A stretch of DNA of 26,866 nucleotides, taken from NCBI GenBank assembly GCA_011364925.1, contig RDOA01000049.1:1-26866 (forward strand), read 5' to 3'. Source of the stretch: Promethearchaeota archaeon. Lineage in GTDB: Archaea > Asgardarchaeota > Lokiarchaeia > Sigyniarchaeales > SOKP01. Positions within the stretch are counted from its first letter, which is position 1. Every line of letters starts with the position of its first letter. Below are positions 1 to 9,547 of the stretch, one piece after another. Under the pieces are notes generated by a model. It was not told the origin of the DNA. It ran no database searches and saw only the letters and a list, made by a program, of their open reading frames with translations. A program made the translations under genes and the position numbers.

Positions 1-136
1 AATTCCCATTTCAAAGAAGTTCTAGATTCCCAGAATTTCTACTTTTTTTATTTTTTATGGAAATTTAAGTAATGCAGAGACAACAGATTATCATCCGAAA
101 AGAGATTTATTGAAATGGCTACGATTCTGATAGAAT

Positions 137-427
137 TTATTTCTTTAATTCAATATAATCTCCGTCCAAGATTTGGGAAATGTAACTTCTTCCTTTGATT
201 ATCCACATAATTTTATGGCCTTCTCGAGCTTTTTTTCCCCATTCAGATTTTTTGTTCTTGTTTTGTTCTATGAAACGATATCCGAATAAATCTACATATT
301 TAATCCCACTGGAGAATTTTTTGATTGGATAATCAATATCATCGATTTCAACGGATTTTTCTCCTTGAAATATGGCATTATAAATCTTTAAACCTTTTTC
401 TTTTAAGTTTTCCACGATATGATTCAT
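137..427 (-). CDS. Hypothetical protein, 96 aa
   Basis: ATG-started ORF 3 nt downstream of the LRR gene stop on the same strand; globular-looking composition with the segment FIEQNKNKKSEWGKKAREGHKIMW; no family recognised. Confidence 0.75.
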   Translation of the reverse strand: MNHIVENLKEKGLKIYNAIFQGEKSVEIDDIDYPIKKFSSGIKYVDLFGYRFIEQNKNKKSEWGKKAREGHKIMWIIKGRSYISQILDGDYIELKK

Positions 428-430
428 CTC

Positions 431-1645
431 TCATTCCTTCGCTATGTAAAAGTATTCAAGGTTATTTAATTCTTTTATTGATTCGGGCACAATTTCGATT
501 TTATTGAAGCTAAGGTCAAGTACTTCTAATTTTTTAAGTCTTCCTATAGTATTAGGAATCCTACAAATGTCTTGGTTTATTAAAGTTAATTCTTCAAGTG
601 ATTCTAACTCGCAGAGTATTTCAGGAAACACCCCTATCTTATGCTCAGCAGATTCGTAAAGAATATTTCGAATAGATCCTGAATTGTTTAAACAATATTG
701 AACTGCTCTTTTAGGATTAAAAAGGGTCTGTTCTTGAACTTTTTCGCATATGTGTCCAGTTAATAATTCAAATAAAGCTAATATACGAGCATCCGAGCTA
801 TTAACTCCATTGGCTATATATTTTTGAATATATTTGTTTTTATTTGAAAACTCTAATACCCATCTTGGTAATCTATCAAATTGGTTGTTTTGTAATACTA
901 ATTTATCAAGAGATAAAAGATTTGGACAATTTTCTGGGAACTTCTTAAGTTTACAGTGAGAAATCTCTAAGATTTTAAGTAATGGTAATTTGCAAATGGA
1001 CGCTGGAATCTCACTAAGATCAAATAGAGATAACTTTATTATATAACCTCTTTTTGAGACTTTTACTCGACCTAAACCTTTATAGCCTAATTCAGTATTC
1101 TCTTGGATTAATGTTCGTTTAGATTCATCTGATAAGGTAAATTTACTCATAAAGCCAGAAAATTCTGTTTTAAATTTCATATAATCCAAATAATCGATGT
1201 CAAGAACAAACTTAGAATCGATCGGATTTAGATTGTAATGATTTTGTACTTTTTTTAGTATTTCTTCTCGTACCTCTTTTAATTGTGGGGTTTCATATGT
1301 TTCTAATAAATCAATTAAATTTTTAAAGAAGAAAATCGAGTTTTCATTTTGGATCGCCCAAAGTAAAGGCTTATTGTCTCGGGTTGGGAAAGATTGCATT
1401 AAAGTTTTTGCTGCTTCAAACCGTACGTTTGGCGACTCGTCTGAAATTAAGCAATTTTCAATTACATTAAAAGTTATTTTTTCCTCAAGCGCAACTTTTC
1501 CTATAAATTCTAGCGCTTTACACCTAATTTCATCGCTATCGTTATTATGTATTAAAGATTCAAATAATTTTATAGCATCTTCTTTTCCTATCTCTTTAGT
1601 ATTTACTTTAGAGTAGATTTGTTCAGGAGTCAATTGATTGCTCAT
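431..1645 (-). CDS. HEAT-repeat plus leucine-rich repeat protein (about 404 aa)
   Basis: N-terminal HEAT-like segments (DEIRCKALEFIG; ISDESPNVRFEAAKTL) and LRR units (LKILEISHCKLKKFP, LDKLVLQNNQFDRLP, LEVLDLSFNKIEIVPESI). Start moved from 1684 to the ATG at 1645 (MSNQLTPEQIY), 2 nt after the upstream TAA, which removes the overlap. Confidence 0.85.
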   Translation of the reverse strand: MSNQLTPEQIYSKVNTKEIGKEDAIKLFESLIHNNDSDEIRCKALEFIGKVALEEKITFNVIENCLISDESPNVRFEAAKTLMQSFPTRDNKPLLWAIQNENSIFFFKNLIDLLETYETPQLKEVREEILKKVQNHYNLNPIDSKFVLDIDYLDYMKFKTEFSGFMSKFTLSDESKRTLIQENTELGYKGLGRVKVSKRGYIIKLSLFDLSEIPASICKLPLLKILEISHCKLKKFPENCPNLLSLDKLVLQNNQFDRLPRWVLEFSNKNKYIQKYIANGVNSSDARILALFELLTGHICEKVQEQTLFNPKRAVQYCLNNSGSIRNILYESAEHKIGVFPEILCELESLEELTLINQDICRIPNTIGRLKKLEVLDLSFNKIEIVPESIKELNNLEYFYIAKE

Positions 1646-1647
1646 TA

Positions 1648-2784
1648 TTACTTCATATCTTCTTTTACAACTTCGTGATGGCAAACAGATAGAGAGAATG
1701 TATTGGGGGCAATTATTTTGATATTGTTCAAAACTTCAACAAATGAGGATAAGATCACCAAGTTTTCGTTATTCCCCTTCATTATGACATTTTCTCTAAT
1801 ATTGCAATTATCAGCTATAATTGCGTTATCGATTTTAACATTATTAGAAATATAGACTTCATTATAGATTAGACAATTTGATAATTCCGCTCTGTTTTCT
1901 ATCAATACATTATCTCCAATCACTACATTCGGACCGATTTTACATTCTCCATGGATTATAACATTTTCACCGACGGTACATGGAGCATAAATTTCTGTTG
2001 TGGGATGGATGTTCGCAGAATTGTCTATTAAATTTTTTACATCCCTCTCCAAATTATTTATGATATCATTCATTAAGAGAATATTTGTCTTGAGTAAATC
2101 GTAAGGTTTACCCACATCATTCCATATCCCACTAATTGGATAATAAAATAGTTTTTTCTCATTAAGAACTTTAGGAAATATCTCTCTTTCCATCGAGATT
2201 TTCTTTTCTGGCTCAATAAAGGAAAATATTTCGGGTTCTAAGACATATACTCCTGCATTAATTGGCATAGGCACTATCTTACCATTTGGAGGCGAATATT
2301 TTTCTTTTTCGAGAAAGTTTAATAATTGTTTCGTTTCGTTGTTAACAATTAAAACACCATATCTTGAAGGATCATCAACTATTTTTCCAGCTATTGTACC
2401 AATACCTTTATTTTCTTCGTGGAACTTTAGCATTTCTTTTAGATTATTATTTAAAATCACGTCTCCATTTAAAACGAAGAAATTATCACCTTTTAGATAA
2501 TCTTCCGCTAACTTAACAGCTCCAGCCGTGCCACGGGGATGTTTTTCGACGGTATAATTGATTTTTATGCCTAATTTCTCACCATCTCCGAAATACTTTT
2601 TGATCACATCATCCATTACGCTTACTGCTAATACTACTTCCTTGACTCCAGCTGCTTTCAATAAAAGTATCTGGCGTTCCATTACAGGTTTGTTTACAAC
2701 GGGAATTAATGTTTTAGGTATTGTACATGTCAGTGGTCTTAGTCTAGTGCCCCAACCTCCTGAGAGAATTATCGCTTTTGTCAT
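1648..2784 (-). CDS. NDP-sugar pyrophosphorylase, mannose-1-phosphate guanylyltransferase-like, with C-terminal left-handed beta-helix
   Basis: AIILSGGWGTRLRPLT...PK signature, GTAGA, VLNGDV, INAGVY, WNDVG, then hexapeptide repeats (VGENVII, IGPNVVIGDNVLI). Confidence 0.92.
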   Translation of the reverse strand: MTKAIILSGGWGTRLRPLTCTIPKTLIPVVNKPVMERQILLLKAAGVKEVVLAVSVMDDVIKKYFGDGEKLGIKINYTVEKHPRGTAGAVKLAEDYLKGDNFFVLNGDVILNNNLKEMLKFHEENKGIGTIAGKIVDDPSRYGVLIVNNETKQLLNFLEKEKYSPPNGKIVPMPINAGVYVLEPEIFSFIEPEKKISMEREIFPKVLNEKKLFYYPISGIWNDVGKPYDLLKTNILLMNDIINNLERDVKNLIDNSANIHPTTEIYAPCTVGENVIIHGECKIGPNVVIGDNVLIENRAELSNCLIYNEVYISNNVKIDNAIIADNCNIRENVIMKGNNENLVILSSFVEVLNNIKIIAPNTFSLSVCHHEVVKEDMK

Positions 2785-2867
2785 TTTTATATTCTCGTGT
2801 GTTTTAGTTGTACTTGTTTTAATGAGACTCTATACAATAAGTAAAAAGTTCTTTTTTAAAAACTATT

Positions 2868-4127
2868 TTACTTCCCATCACTTTCATCAAAATCATATAC
2901 TTTACTGTAATCTGTATTTCTTATATTAGAAAATATCCAAACAATGACAAGAAATGTAATATTTAACAACGAACTTGTGATAAAAAGTATTCGTATGGAA
3001 ATAAGTTCTGCTATTGGTCCAGACATGACCATACCTATCGGTGAAACTAGAGTAACGATTGTGAGCACATTAGACATAACCCTTCCTTGTTTGTCAGGGG
3101 GAATAACTGTTTGAAGAATTGTTAAAAACATCGTATTAACAAATGGAACTATAAAGGCGAATATAAAACCACCAAGAGCAATGATAAAGAACATCTGATA
3201 AGGAGCTAAAGCCAATATAAAGTGTCCCAATTCTCCAATTATGATCCCCATAAAGATGATTAAAGCCTTCTTAACCCAATTTCCTTTAACAATTACAATT
3301 ATAGCACCTAAAAACATTCCAGCTTGGATTGAAGCTAAAACAAAAGAAACATTTTGTACGGTTCCAGAATGAGTTACGTCAACAAAATATACCATTAAAG
3401 TGCTAAATGGAGTCCCTAGGAAATTTAAGATTGTCGCAACTAAGAGCAGAGAAAGGAGTCCAGGAACCATTCTAATAATCTTAAAGCCAATTTTAAATTC
3501 TCTTAAGTAAGATTGTCTTTGCTTCGTAATTGGTTTCTTTGGTAATGAAGGGATTTTGATTAGTATTAAAGGTGTAATTGCTATTAAGAAGGTAATAATG
3601 TCAATCCAAAGTATTTGGTTAATTGGGAAAAGAAGTAAAAGAGTACCAGCAATAACAGGACCTAGAGTATTAATCAACCCAGTAAAAAAGTAATTAATAC
3701 CATTCATTCTACTTAAATGCTTCTTAGGAATCATTAATGGGATTATTGCATTGACAGCAGGCCAATGAACAGCTTGAAATAAGCCTCTAAAGCTATTTAC
3801 CATTATTACGATCCACACTTGCTGAATATCAAATAAAAATAACAGCACTAAACTAAAAGTTGTTAACGCTTGAAAAAAATCAGATAGTCCTATTATTAGC
3901 TTCCTATTCCATCTATCAGTAAAAACTCCTGCAATAGGTCCAAAAATAAACTGAGGAATGAACGAAAAAAAGAATGCAACTGAGATGATTGTAGGATTTT
4001 TAGTTTCAATTGTTATCCACCAAACAATTACAAATTGAACGACCGAGGAACCCAATAGTGAAAACAGTTGCCCCATCCAAAAAAAGATATAATGACCAAA
4101 TGTTTTTCCAGTAGCAGTTGATTCCAT
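2868..4127 (-). CDS. MFS transporter, MefA/DHA3-like
   Basis: About 12 hydrophobic helices, GQLFSLLGS in TM1, motif A (AGVFTDRWNRK), C-terminal LQTVIPPDKQGRV. Confidence 0.92.
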   Translation of the reverse strand: MESTATGKTFGHYIFFWMGQLFSLLGSSVVQFVIVWWITIETKNPTIISVAFFFSFIPQFIFGPIAGVFTDRWNRKLIIGLSDFFQALTTFSLVLLFLFDIQQVWIVIMVNSFRGLFQAVHWPAVNAIIPLMIPKKHLSRMNGINYFFTGLINTLGPVIAGTLLLLFPINQILWIDIITFLIAITPLILIKIPSLPKKPITKQRQSYLREFKIGFKIIRMVPGLLSLLLVATILNFLGTPFSTLMVYFVDVTHSGTVQNVSFVLASIQAGMFLGAIIVIVKGNWVKKALIIFMGIIIGELGHFILALAPYQMFFIIALGGFIFAFIVPFVNTMFLTILQTVIPPDKQGRVMSNVLTIVTLVSPIGMVMSGPIAELISIRILFITSSLLNITFLVIVWIFSNIRNTDYSKVYDFDESDGK

Positions 4128-4129
4128 AG

Positions 4130-5251
4130 TTATATATCTTTAGTTACTTTCTGAGAATAAATAAAAGCTCCAGGCTCGATACCTTTTCTCTCTGCGATCT
4201 TATAGAATATTAGCTGAAGGATTATTATTTCCATAATCGAAGCTAAATGAGGATCGCTTATAGTATGATTATATGTTATTATTTTTGGATTTTTGTGTAA
4301 TTTCACTACTTCATTGTCAAATTCTTGGTTTGTTATGTGCAATATTTTCCCAAAAGTCCATTTATTTACAATATTATCTATAAATGGAATATTTAAATTA
4401 AGATTTTCTTTGTCTGATGAGAGGATTATCAAGCTTGTTGTGTCTTTAAGGCACTCAATACCCCCATGTCTAAAATGGGATATGGAACTTGCCTCAGAAT
4501 AAGATTTAACGATTTCTTTAAAATTTAAAGCTGCCTGATGTGCTGTAGTTAAGGAAGAACCCCTTGAGAGAATTTCTAAAAACTCAATATTATCTCCGAA
4601 AGAGGTAAGGATATCGTTCCATAGCTTATTAATTTGATTTTGATCCTGTAGGAGTAATTCTAGTTCTGAGATTAGATGTTCCACTCTTTTATTTTCTTCT
4701 TCATTTGTAAAAAATTCGCCAATGATGGTTTTAGCCATAACATATAATAATAATAAGGTACATACATAACTTTTTGAAGTAACTGACACCTCCTTATCAA
4801 AATTCATGTAAATTTGCAATTCTGTCATGTAAGCCAAATAACTGTCGGGGTTGTTTGTCATTCCGACTGTTAAAGGTTTAAATTCTATGGGAATAGCATT
4901 AATTTCTCTTAATAATTCTCTTATTTCTCCTGATTCCCCGGATTGTGAAATAATTATTATACCAGTATCTTTAAAACAATTTTGTTTAATTTTTGGGAAT
5001 GTGTTAAACAAGAATTCTCCAGCTTCTCGCATTTCTACAGCTATGCCGTATTGATTTAATATATAATAGGGTAAGTATGAACTAATGAAACTTGAACCCA
5101 TACCTGTAAAAATAAGTTTGGTAATGCCTCCTTTTTTTATAAAATCTCTTAGTATCAAAAATTGAGGCTTGCCCTCACCAAGAATATAATCAAATGTTTC
5201 CTTTAACGCTTGAGGTTGCGATTTAATTTCTTTAAGAAAATCATCCTTCAT
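4130..5251 (-). CDS. SIS-domain sugar-phosphate isomerase/deaminase (GlmS C-terminal, FrlB or AgaS-like; no glutaminase domain)
   Basis: EIKSQPQAL, TGMGSS, ISQSGESGE, TNNPDSYLA, VTSKSY, ALNFKEI, FRHG motifs of tandem SIS proteins. Confidence 0.9.
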   Translation of the reverse strand: MKDDFLKEIKSQPQALKETFDYILGEGKPQFLILRDFIKKGGITKLIFTGMGSSFISSYLPYYILNQYGIAVEMREAGEFLFNTFPKIKQNCFKDTGIIIISQSGESGEIRELLREINAIPIEFKPLTVGMTNNPDSYLAYMTELQIYMNFDKEVSVTSKSYVCTLLLLYVMAKTIIGEFFTNEEENKRVEHLISELELLLQDQNQINKLWNDILTSFGDNIEFLEILSRGSSLTTAHQAALNFKEIVKSYSEASSISHFRHGGIECLKDTTSLIILSSDKENLNLNIPFIDNIVNKWTFGKILHITNQEFDNEVVKLHKNPKIITYNHTISDPHLASIMEIIILQLIFYKIAERKGIEPGAFIYSQKVTKDI

Positions 5252-5353
5252 GTTAAACCCCTTAAAATTAATTCATATTTAATAATAAAAAGAATTATAA
5301 GATAAAATTAATTTAACCAACTCAGAATTGATTTTATATTAATGTGAACTAAG

Positions 5354-5725
5354 ATGCTTTGCATACACGGTCTTGATAATAACAACTGCCCTATTTGCCG
5401 GATGACAAAATCAACAATTCCCCAAACTCCCATCCTCAATAATGCAGCAAAGATTGAAAATTTAAGACCAGAAAACCCTTTTTTTAAAAAATACCTTTCA
5501 AATAAAAATCAAACTGAAGAAGATATAAATATTTCTAACAAAACTTTGCAGCCAAATCTAATAAACCCTTTACCAACTCCAAACTTAATTAATAGGATAT
5601 CTAATCTTGAAAATAAGGAATTTGCAAAAAAATTAAACGATTTAGATATCAATAGATTAGACAAGTATGGTGTCTCGAAGAGGAACAAGTTGGAAAATCC
5701 CAATCTAAAACTAGATGATGATTAG
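5354..5725 (+). CDS. Hypothetical protein with N-terminal C-x-H-x6-C-x2-C putative zinc-binding motif
   Basis: MLCIHGLDNNNCPIC at the N-terminus followed by an Asn/Pro/Lys-rich, probably disordered region; divergent from the SIS gene. Confidence 0.7.
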   Translation: MLCIHGLDNNNCPICRMTKSTIPQTPILNNAAKIENLRPENPFFKKYLSNKNQTEEDINISNKTLQPNLINPLPTPNLINRISNLENKEFAKKLNDLDINRLDKYGVSKRNKLENPNLKLDDD

Positions 5726-5880
5726 GTAAATTAAAAAAATAATTAACAATTATCAGTAAGATTTTTTATTGTTTCTATTAACATAAGAATTTAAAGAAAG
5801 TGTTTCAAGAATAATATATACAATATTATAATATCGTTTCCTTAAATCAAGTTAATAAAGAAAATTATAAGTGGTACATA

Positions 5881-7614
5881 ATGGAAATTAATCAAGAATT
5901 AAAAGATACCACCCAAATTGCATATATCTCTATGGAAATTGCTGTAGATTCGAATATTCCAACGTATAGTGGGGGTTTAGGAGTATTATCTGGTGATACA
6001 GTTAGAGCTGCCGCTGATTTAGAATTACCGATGGTAGGTATATGTTTATGCTATAGTTCCGGGTATTTCTATCAGTTCTTCAATGAGCTTGGAGAGCAAA
6101 GGGAAAAGGAAATTGAATGGAACTTTTTTTACGAGTTTGAAAAGGTTGAAAAACCAATAAAAGTAAAAATTGAAGATAAAGATGTTCTAGTTTCTGCTTG
6201 GTTATACCGAGTAATAGGTCAATCAGGCCACATTCTCCCAATCTATTTGTTAACGACTGATGTTGAAGGCAATGAAGATTGGATGAAAAAAATGACTGGT
6301 TCTCTCTACGATTCCACTTCTCGATGGAATAGAATTGTGCAAGAAATGATTATCGGGATAGGTGGTGTTAAACTATTAAAGTCTTTGGGATATAATAATA
6401 TCCAGACATATCATCTTAACGAAGGGCACGGTTCTTTTTCAATTGTAGAACTTTATAAGATGATTGGAGAAAATCTCGATAAAGTAAGGGAAAAAGTTGT
6501 GTTCACAACACATACGCCTGTCCCGGCTGGACACGATCGATTTGACCAGAATTTAATAGATAAAGTCTTTTTAGATAGAATGCCGAAAGAAATTCGAAAA
6601 ATAGCAGAAGATAATGGTCAATTCAATATGACATACTTAGGTATGGGGCTTTCTAGATATAGGAATGGGGTTGCTAAAAAACATGGAGCTATTACAAAAG
6701 CCATGTTTCCTCAATACGATGTAGATTACATTACAAACGGGATTCATTTAAATTTTTGGGTTAGCGAACCATTTCGACGAATTTTTGATAAAAAATGGCC
6801 AAATTGGAAATCTCAACCAAAAATCCTGCAAAATGCAATAGAATTAGATGATCTGGACATATTTGATGCACATATTGAGAATAAGTTTAATTTGATCAGC
6901 TATCAAAAAGGTCATAGTTGGAATTTATTAGATGAAGAGTTAATTACAATTGGTTTTGCACGACGGTTTGCCACCTATAAACGAGCAACATTGCTTTTTA
7001 ATGATGTAGATCGATTAGGGAAAATTTGTAAAGGTAAAATCCAATTCATATTTGCTGGGAAAGCTCATCCAAAAGATAAAGAGGGAAAGGAATACATTAA
7101 GAAAATCTACGAACAAGGCGAATATCTCTATGATAATTATGGTGTAAAAGTCGTTATGATGGAAAATTACAATATAGACTTATCACATATGTTAATATCA
7201 GGTTGTGATGTTTGGCTTAATACACCAGAAAGATATCGTGAAGCTAGTGGCACTAGTGGAATGAAGGCGGCTCTCAATGGTGTATTGAACTGTAGTGTCC
7301 AAGATGGCTGGTGGTTAGAAGGTTATCGTATGAATCCTATGGCTGGATGGGCGATTGGACCTGATGATTCAAATCCTAAAGACAAGGGAGTTTCAAACGA
7401 TTGGAAGATTGATTCTAATTTCTTATACGAGATACTAGAGAATAAAATAATTCCTACATATCTTAATCACGATGAGTGGTTATTCAAAAGTAAAAACGCA
7501 ATTGCGTTAGCCGCCTATTTCAACACTAATAGAATGATGACCGAATACGCTAAAAAAGCCTATAAACTTACGAAGCAAAAACCTTGGAAATTTATGGGTG
7601 AATCTCTGTTTTAA
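5881..7614 (+). CDS. glgP: Alpha-glucan (glycogen/maltodextrin) phosphorylase
   Basis: YSGGLGVLSGD, HLNEGH, FTTHTPVPAGHD, ITNGIH, GFARRFATYKR, FAGKAHP and the PLP-lysine motif EASGTSGMK. Confidence 0.96.
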   Translation: MEINQELKDTTQIAYISMEIAVDSNIPTYSGGLGVLSGDTVRAAADLELPMVGICLCYSSGYFYQFFNELGEQREKEIEWNFFYEFEKVEKPIKVKIEDKDVLVSAWLYRVIGQSGHILPIYLLTTDVEGNEDWMKKMTGSLYDSTSRWNRIVQEMIIGIGGVKLLKSLGYNNIQTYHLNEGHGSFSIVELYKMIGENLDKVREKVVFTTHTPVPAGHDRFDQNLIDKVFLDRMPKEIRKIAEDNGQFNMTYLGMGLSRYRNGVAKKHGAITKAMFPQYDVDYITNGIHLNFWVSEPFRRIFDKKWPNWKSQPKILQNAIELDDLDIFDAHIENKFNLISYQKGHSWNLLDEELITIGFARRFATYKRATLLFNDVDRLGKICKGKIQFIFAGKAHPKDKEGKEYIKKIYEQGEYLYDNYGVKVVMMENYNIDLSHMLISGCDVWLNTPERYREASGTSGMKAALNGVLNCSVQDGWWLEGYRMNPMAGWAIGPDDSNPKDKGVSNDWKIDSNFLYEILENKIIPTYLNHDEWLFKSKNAIALAAYFNTNRMMTEYAKKAYKLTKQKPWKFMGESLF

Positions 7615-7641
7615 TAGCCTTAAGAATGAAATTAATAGGTT

Positions 7642-8148
7642 TTATTCTCCGGTACAACTAATCAATTTAAAAGGTTTAATTGTAATGTAATCATCTAAAT
7701 TCTTTTGCTTGAAGTATTGGTTAAATGTTTGAGTAAAAATGTCTTCCATTGTATCTATCCCTAATATTAACCCTTCCATATCTTTAGCTAATAAAAGCAT
7801 ATAATTTAACTTAGATTCAAGTAAAAAACAACCAGGTCCTAATGTACTGTCTTTATAAGGATCAAGTATTTGATTTGCATTTCTTATACCTTTATTTGTA
7901 GTAAAGATTACTATTAAATTCTTTTCAGAATATTCCTCCGTTAAGTAAGAGTCTCTTATTCCAGGAGCTAGAAGTGAAATATTTGTATAATCTTGAAAAA
8001 TTAATTGTAATCGAGTTAATTCTTTTCTAAATTTAATTTTATTATGAAAAAAGCTAAAGGTTTTATCCAATTTTAAGGGTTCACCATCTAAATAAGTAAT
8101 TTCCTTTGGATTCGTTCGAAATTCATAATCTTGGATGTTTTTCGACAT
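7642..8148 (-). CDS. Stand-alone GH20 domain-2 (zincin-like fold) protein, no catalytic barrel
   Basis: N-terminal NPKEIT and C-terminal GCFLLES...LLLAKDMEGLILGIDTMEDIF resemble the PxPk...egYxLxv...i.a...GlfyGxqTLxQL pattern of the beta-hexosaminidase N-terminal domain; AGGTGA lies upstream on the minus strand. Confidence 0.6.
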   Translation of the reverse strand: MSKNIQDYEFRTNPKEITYLDGEPLKLDKTFSFFHNKIKFRKELTRLQLIFQDYTNISLLAPGIRDSYLTEEYSEKNLIVIFTTNKGIRNANQILDPYKDSTLGPGCFLLESKLNYMLLLAKDMEGLILGIDTMEDIFTQTFNQYFKQKNLDDYITIKPFKLISCTGE

Positions 8149-8266
8149 TATTCACTTATTCACCTTTTAAATTTATTGAAACTCGTTTGAAATTAAAAGC
8201 TTATTTAAGATAAATTGAAGTTTATTAAAAAATTAAGGAATATTAAAAATAAGATTTTCCACTAAA

Positions 8267-9253
8267 ATGAAATTAGGAACGCTATTTTTAACAAATAATT
8301 TGATTTTGGCTCCAATGTTACAAGTCACTACCGGACCATTCAGAAGATTTTGTAGAAAATTTGGAGACATTGGTTTAGTAAGCGTTCCCATGCTTTATAC
8401 TAAAAGAATTGAAAAGAATCCTAACACGGTTTTAAGTGATCTCCATAAAATTGAAGATGAGCGACCGATTAGTGTACAACTTATCGGTTCAGAAACTAAC
8501 GCTTTAAAATGCTCTATAGATTTTCTTGAAAGCTATAAATTCGATGTATTGGACCTTAATGCTGGTTGCCCTTCAAAAAGGGCTATAAAAGCACAAGAAG
8601 GAGGGTATTTACTAAAGGATTTAGATAGATTAAAAATTCTAATTAATACAGCTTTAAAATACTCATCGAGACCAGTTTCATTGAAAATTAGAATTGGATA
8701 TAATAATCTAAACGATCTTGATAAACTGCTGAATGTTATAAACAATTCTGGTATTGAATTCATGACTGTTCATGGAAGGACTGTTAAAGATCGATATAGT
8801 GATGCAACTCTTAATTTAAATGCGATAAAAAAAATAAAATCCTTATCAAAAATCCCTGTAGTAGGAAATGGGAGTATTTTTAACCCACAAAATGCTAAAA
8901 ATTTTTTAGAATTGACAAATGTTGATGCACTTATGATTGGAAGAGGTTCGTTAGGTAATCCTAATATTTTTAACCAGATTGATCAATATCTAAAAGAGGG
9001 AACTATAACGATTCCTGAAAACAATATAAATAATATGATAATTAATATTCAACTTTATGAACGTTGCGTTAATGAATACTTAGAAAATAACTTTGAAATT
9101 CCTTATTCTCACGAAAAATACAAATTCGTTGAGTTAAAAAGAAATCTAATATGGTTAAGCAAGAATGTTCACGACTCAACAGATCTTAGGATTAAAATTT
9201 CCAAAACAAAAACTTTAGAGGAATTAGTGTCTATCTTAGATTATTTAAATTAG
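8267..9253 (+). CDS. dus: tRNA-dihydrouridine synthase (Dus family)
   Basis: LAPM, VQLIGS, DLNAGCP (catalytic Cys), SLKIRIG, TVHGRT, VVGNG, MIGRG. Confidence 0.94.
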   Translation: MKLGTLFLTNNLILAPMLQVTTGPFRRFCRKFGDIGLVSVPMLYTKRIEKNPNTVLSDLHKIEDERPISVQLIGSETNALKCSIDFLESYKFDVLDLNAGCPSKRAIKAQEGGYLLKDLDRLKILINTALKYSSRPVSLKIRIGYNNLNDLDKLLNVINNSGIEFMTVHGRTVKDRYSDATLNLNAIKKIKSLSKIPVVGNGSIFNPQNAKNFLELTNVDALMIGRGSLGNPNIFNQIDQYLKEGTITIPENNINNMIINIQLYERCVNEYLENNFEIPYSHEKYKFVELKRNLIWLSKNVHDSTDLRIKISKTKTLEELVSILDYLN

Positions 9254-9284
9254 CTCAATTCAATCCGATTACATAAAAAATTAA

Positions 9285-9536
9285 TCATTTCTTTCTTAAT
9301 AATTGAAGTAGAGCAATAGCGATGAATAAAAATAATAATACTCCATTAATAGTTAGAATAAGATCGATGATTTGAACTAGAAACCCAACTGGTGTAGTTG
9401 TTAATCGTTCAATCGTCCAGTTGAAATCGCCTGTAATCGCAGATATAATGAAATAAAGATTATATAATGAGATTTGAATCACAGCAATAATAGCTAGAAG
9501 AAAAAGATTAGTCTTCTTTTTTTCATCAAGCACCAT
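9285..9536 (-). CDS. Small membrane protein with two predicted transmembrane helices
   Basis: Two long hydrophobic stretches bounded by Lys-rich termini; 11 nt downstream of mtnA on the same strand. Confidence 0.7.
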   Translation of the reverse strand: MVLDEKKKTNLFLLAIIAVIQISLYNLYFIISAITGDFNWTIERLTTTPVGFLVQIIDLILTINGVLLFLFIAIALLQLLRKK

Positions 9537-9547
9537 TTCTTTATCCT

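Noticed and set aside
1-136. Possible gene start (minus-strand ATG at 9) or terminator in the T-rich stretch at 43-56
   Set aside because: Too little sequence at the window edge to support either.
1646-1684. N-terminal extension MPSRSCKRRYEVI of the LRR ORF
   Set aside because: It overlaps the upstream gene; the ATG at 1645 directly follows the upstream stop and gives a more plausible N-terminus.
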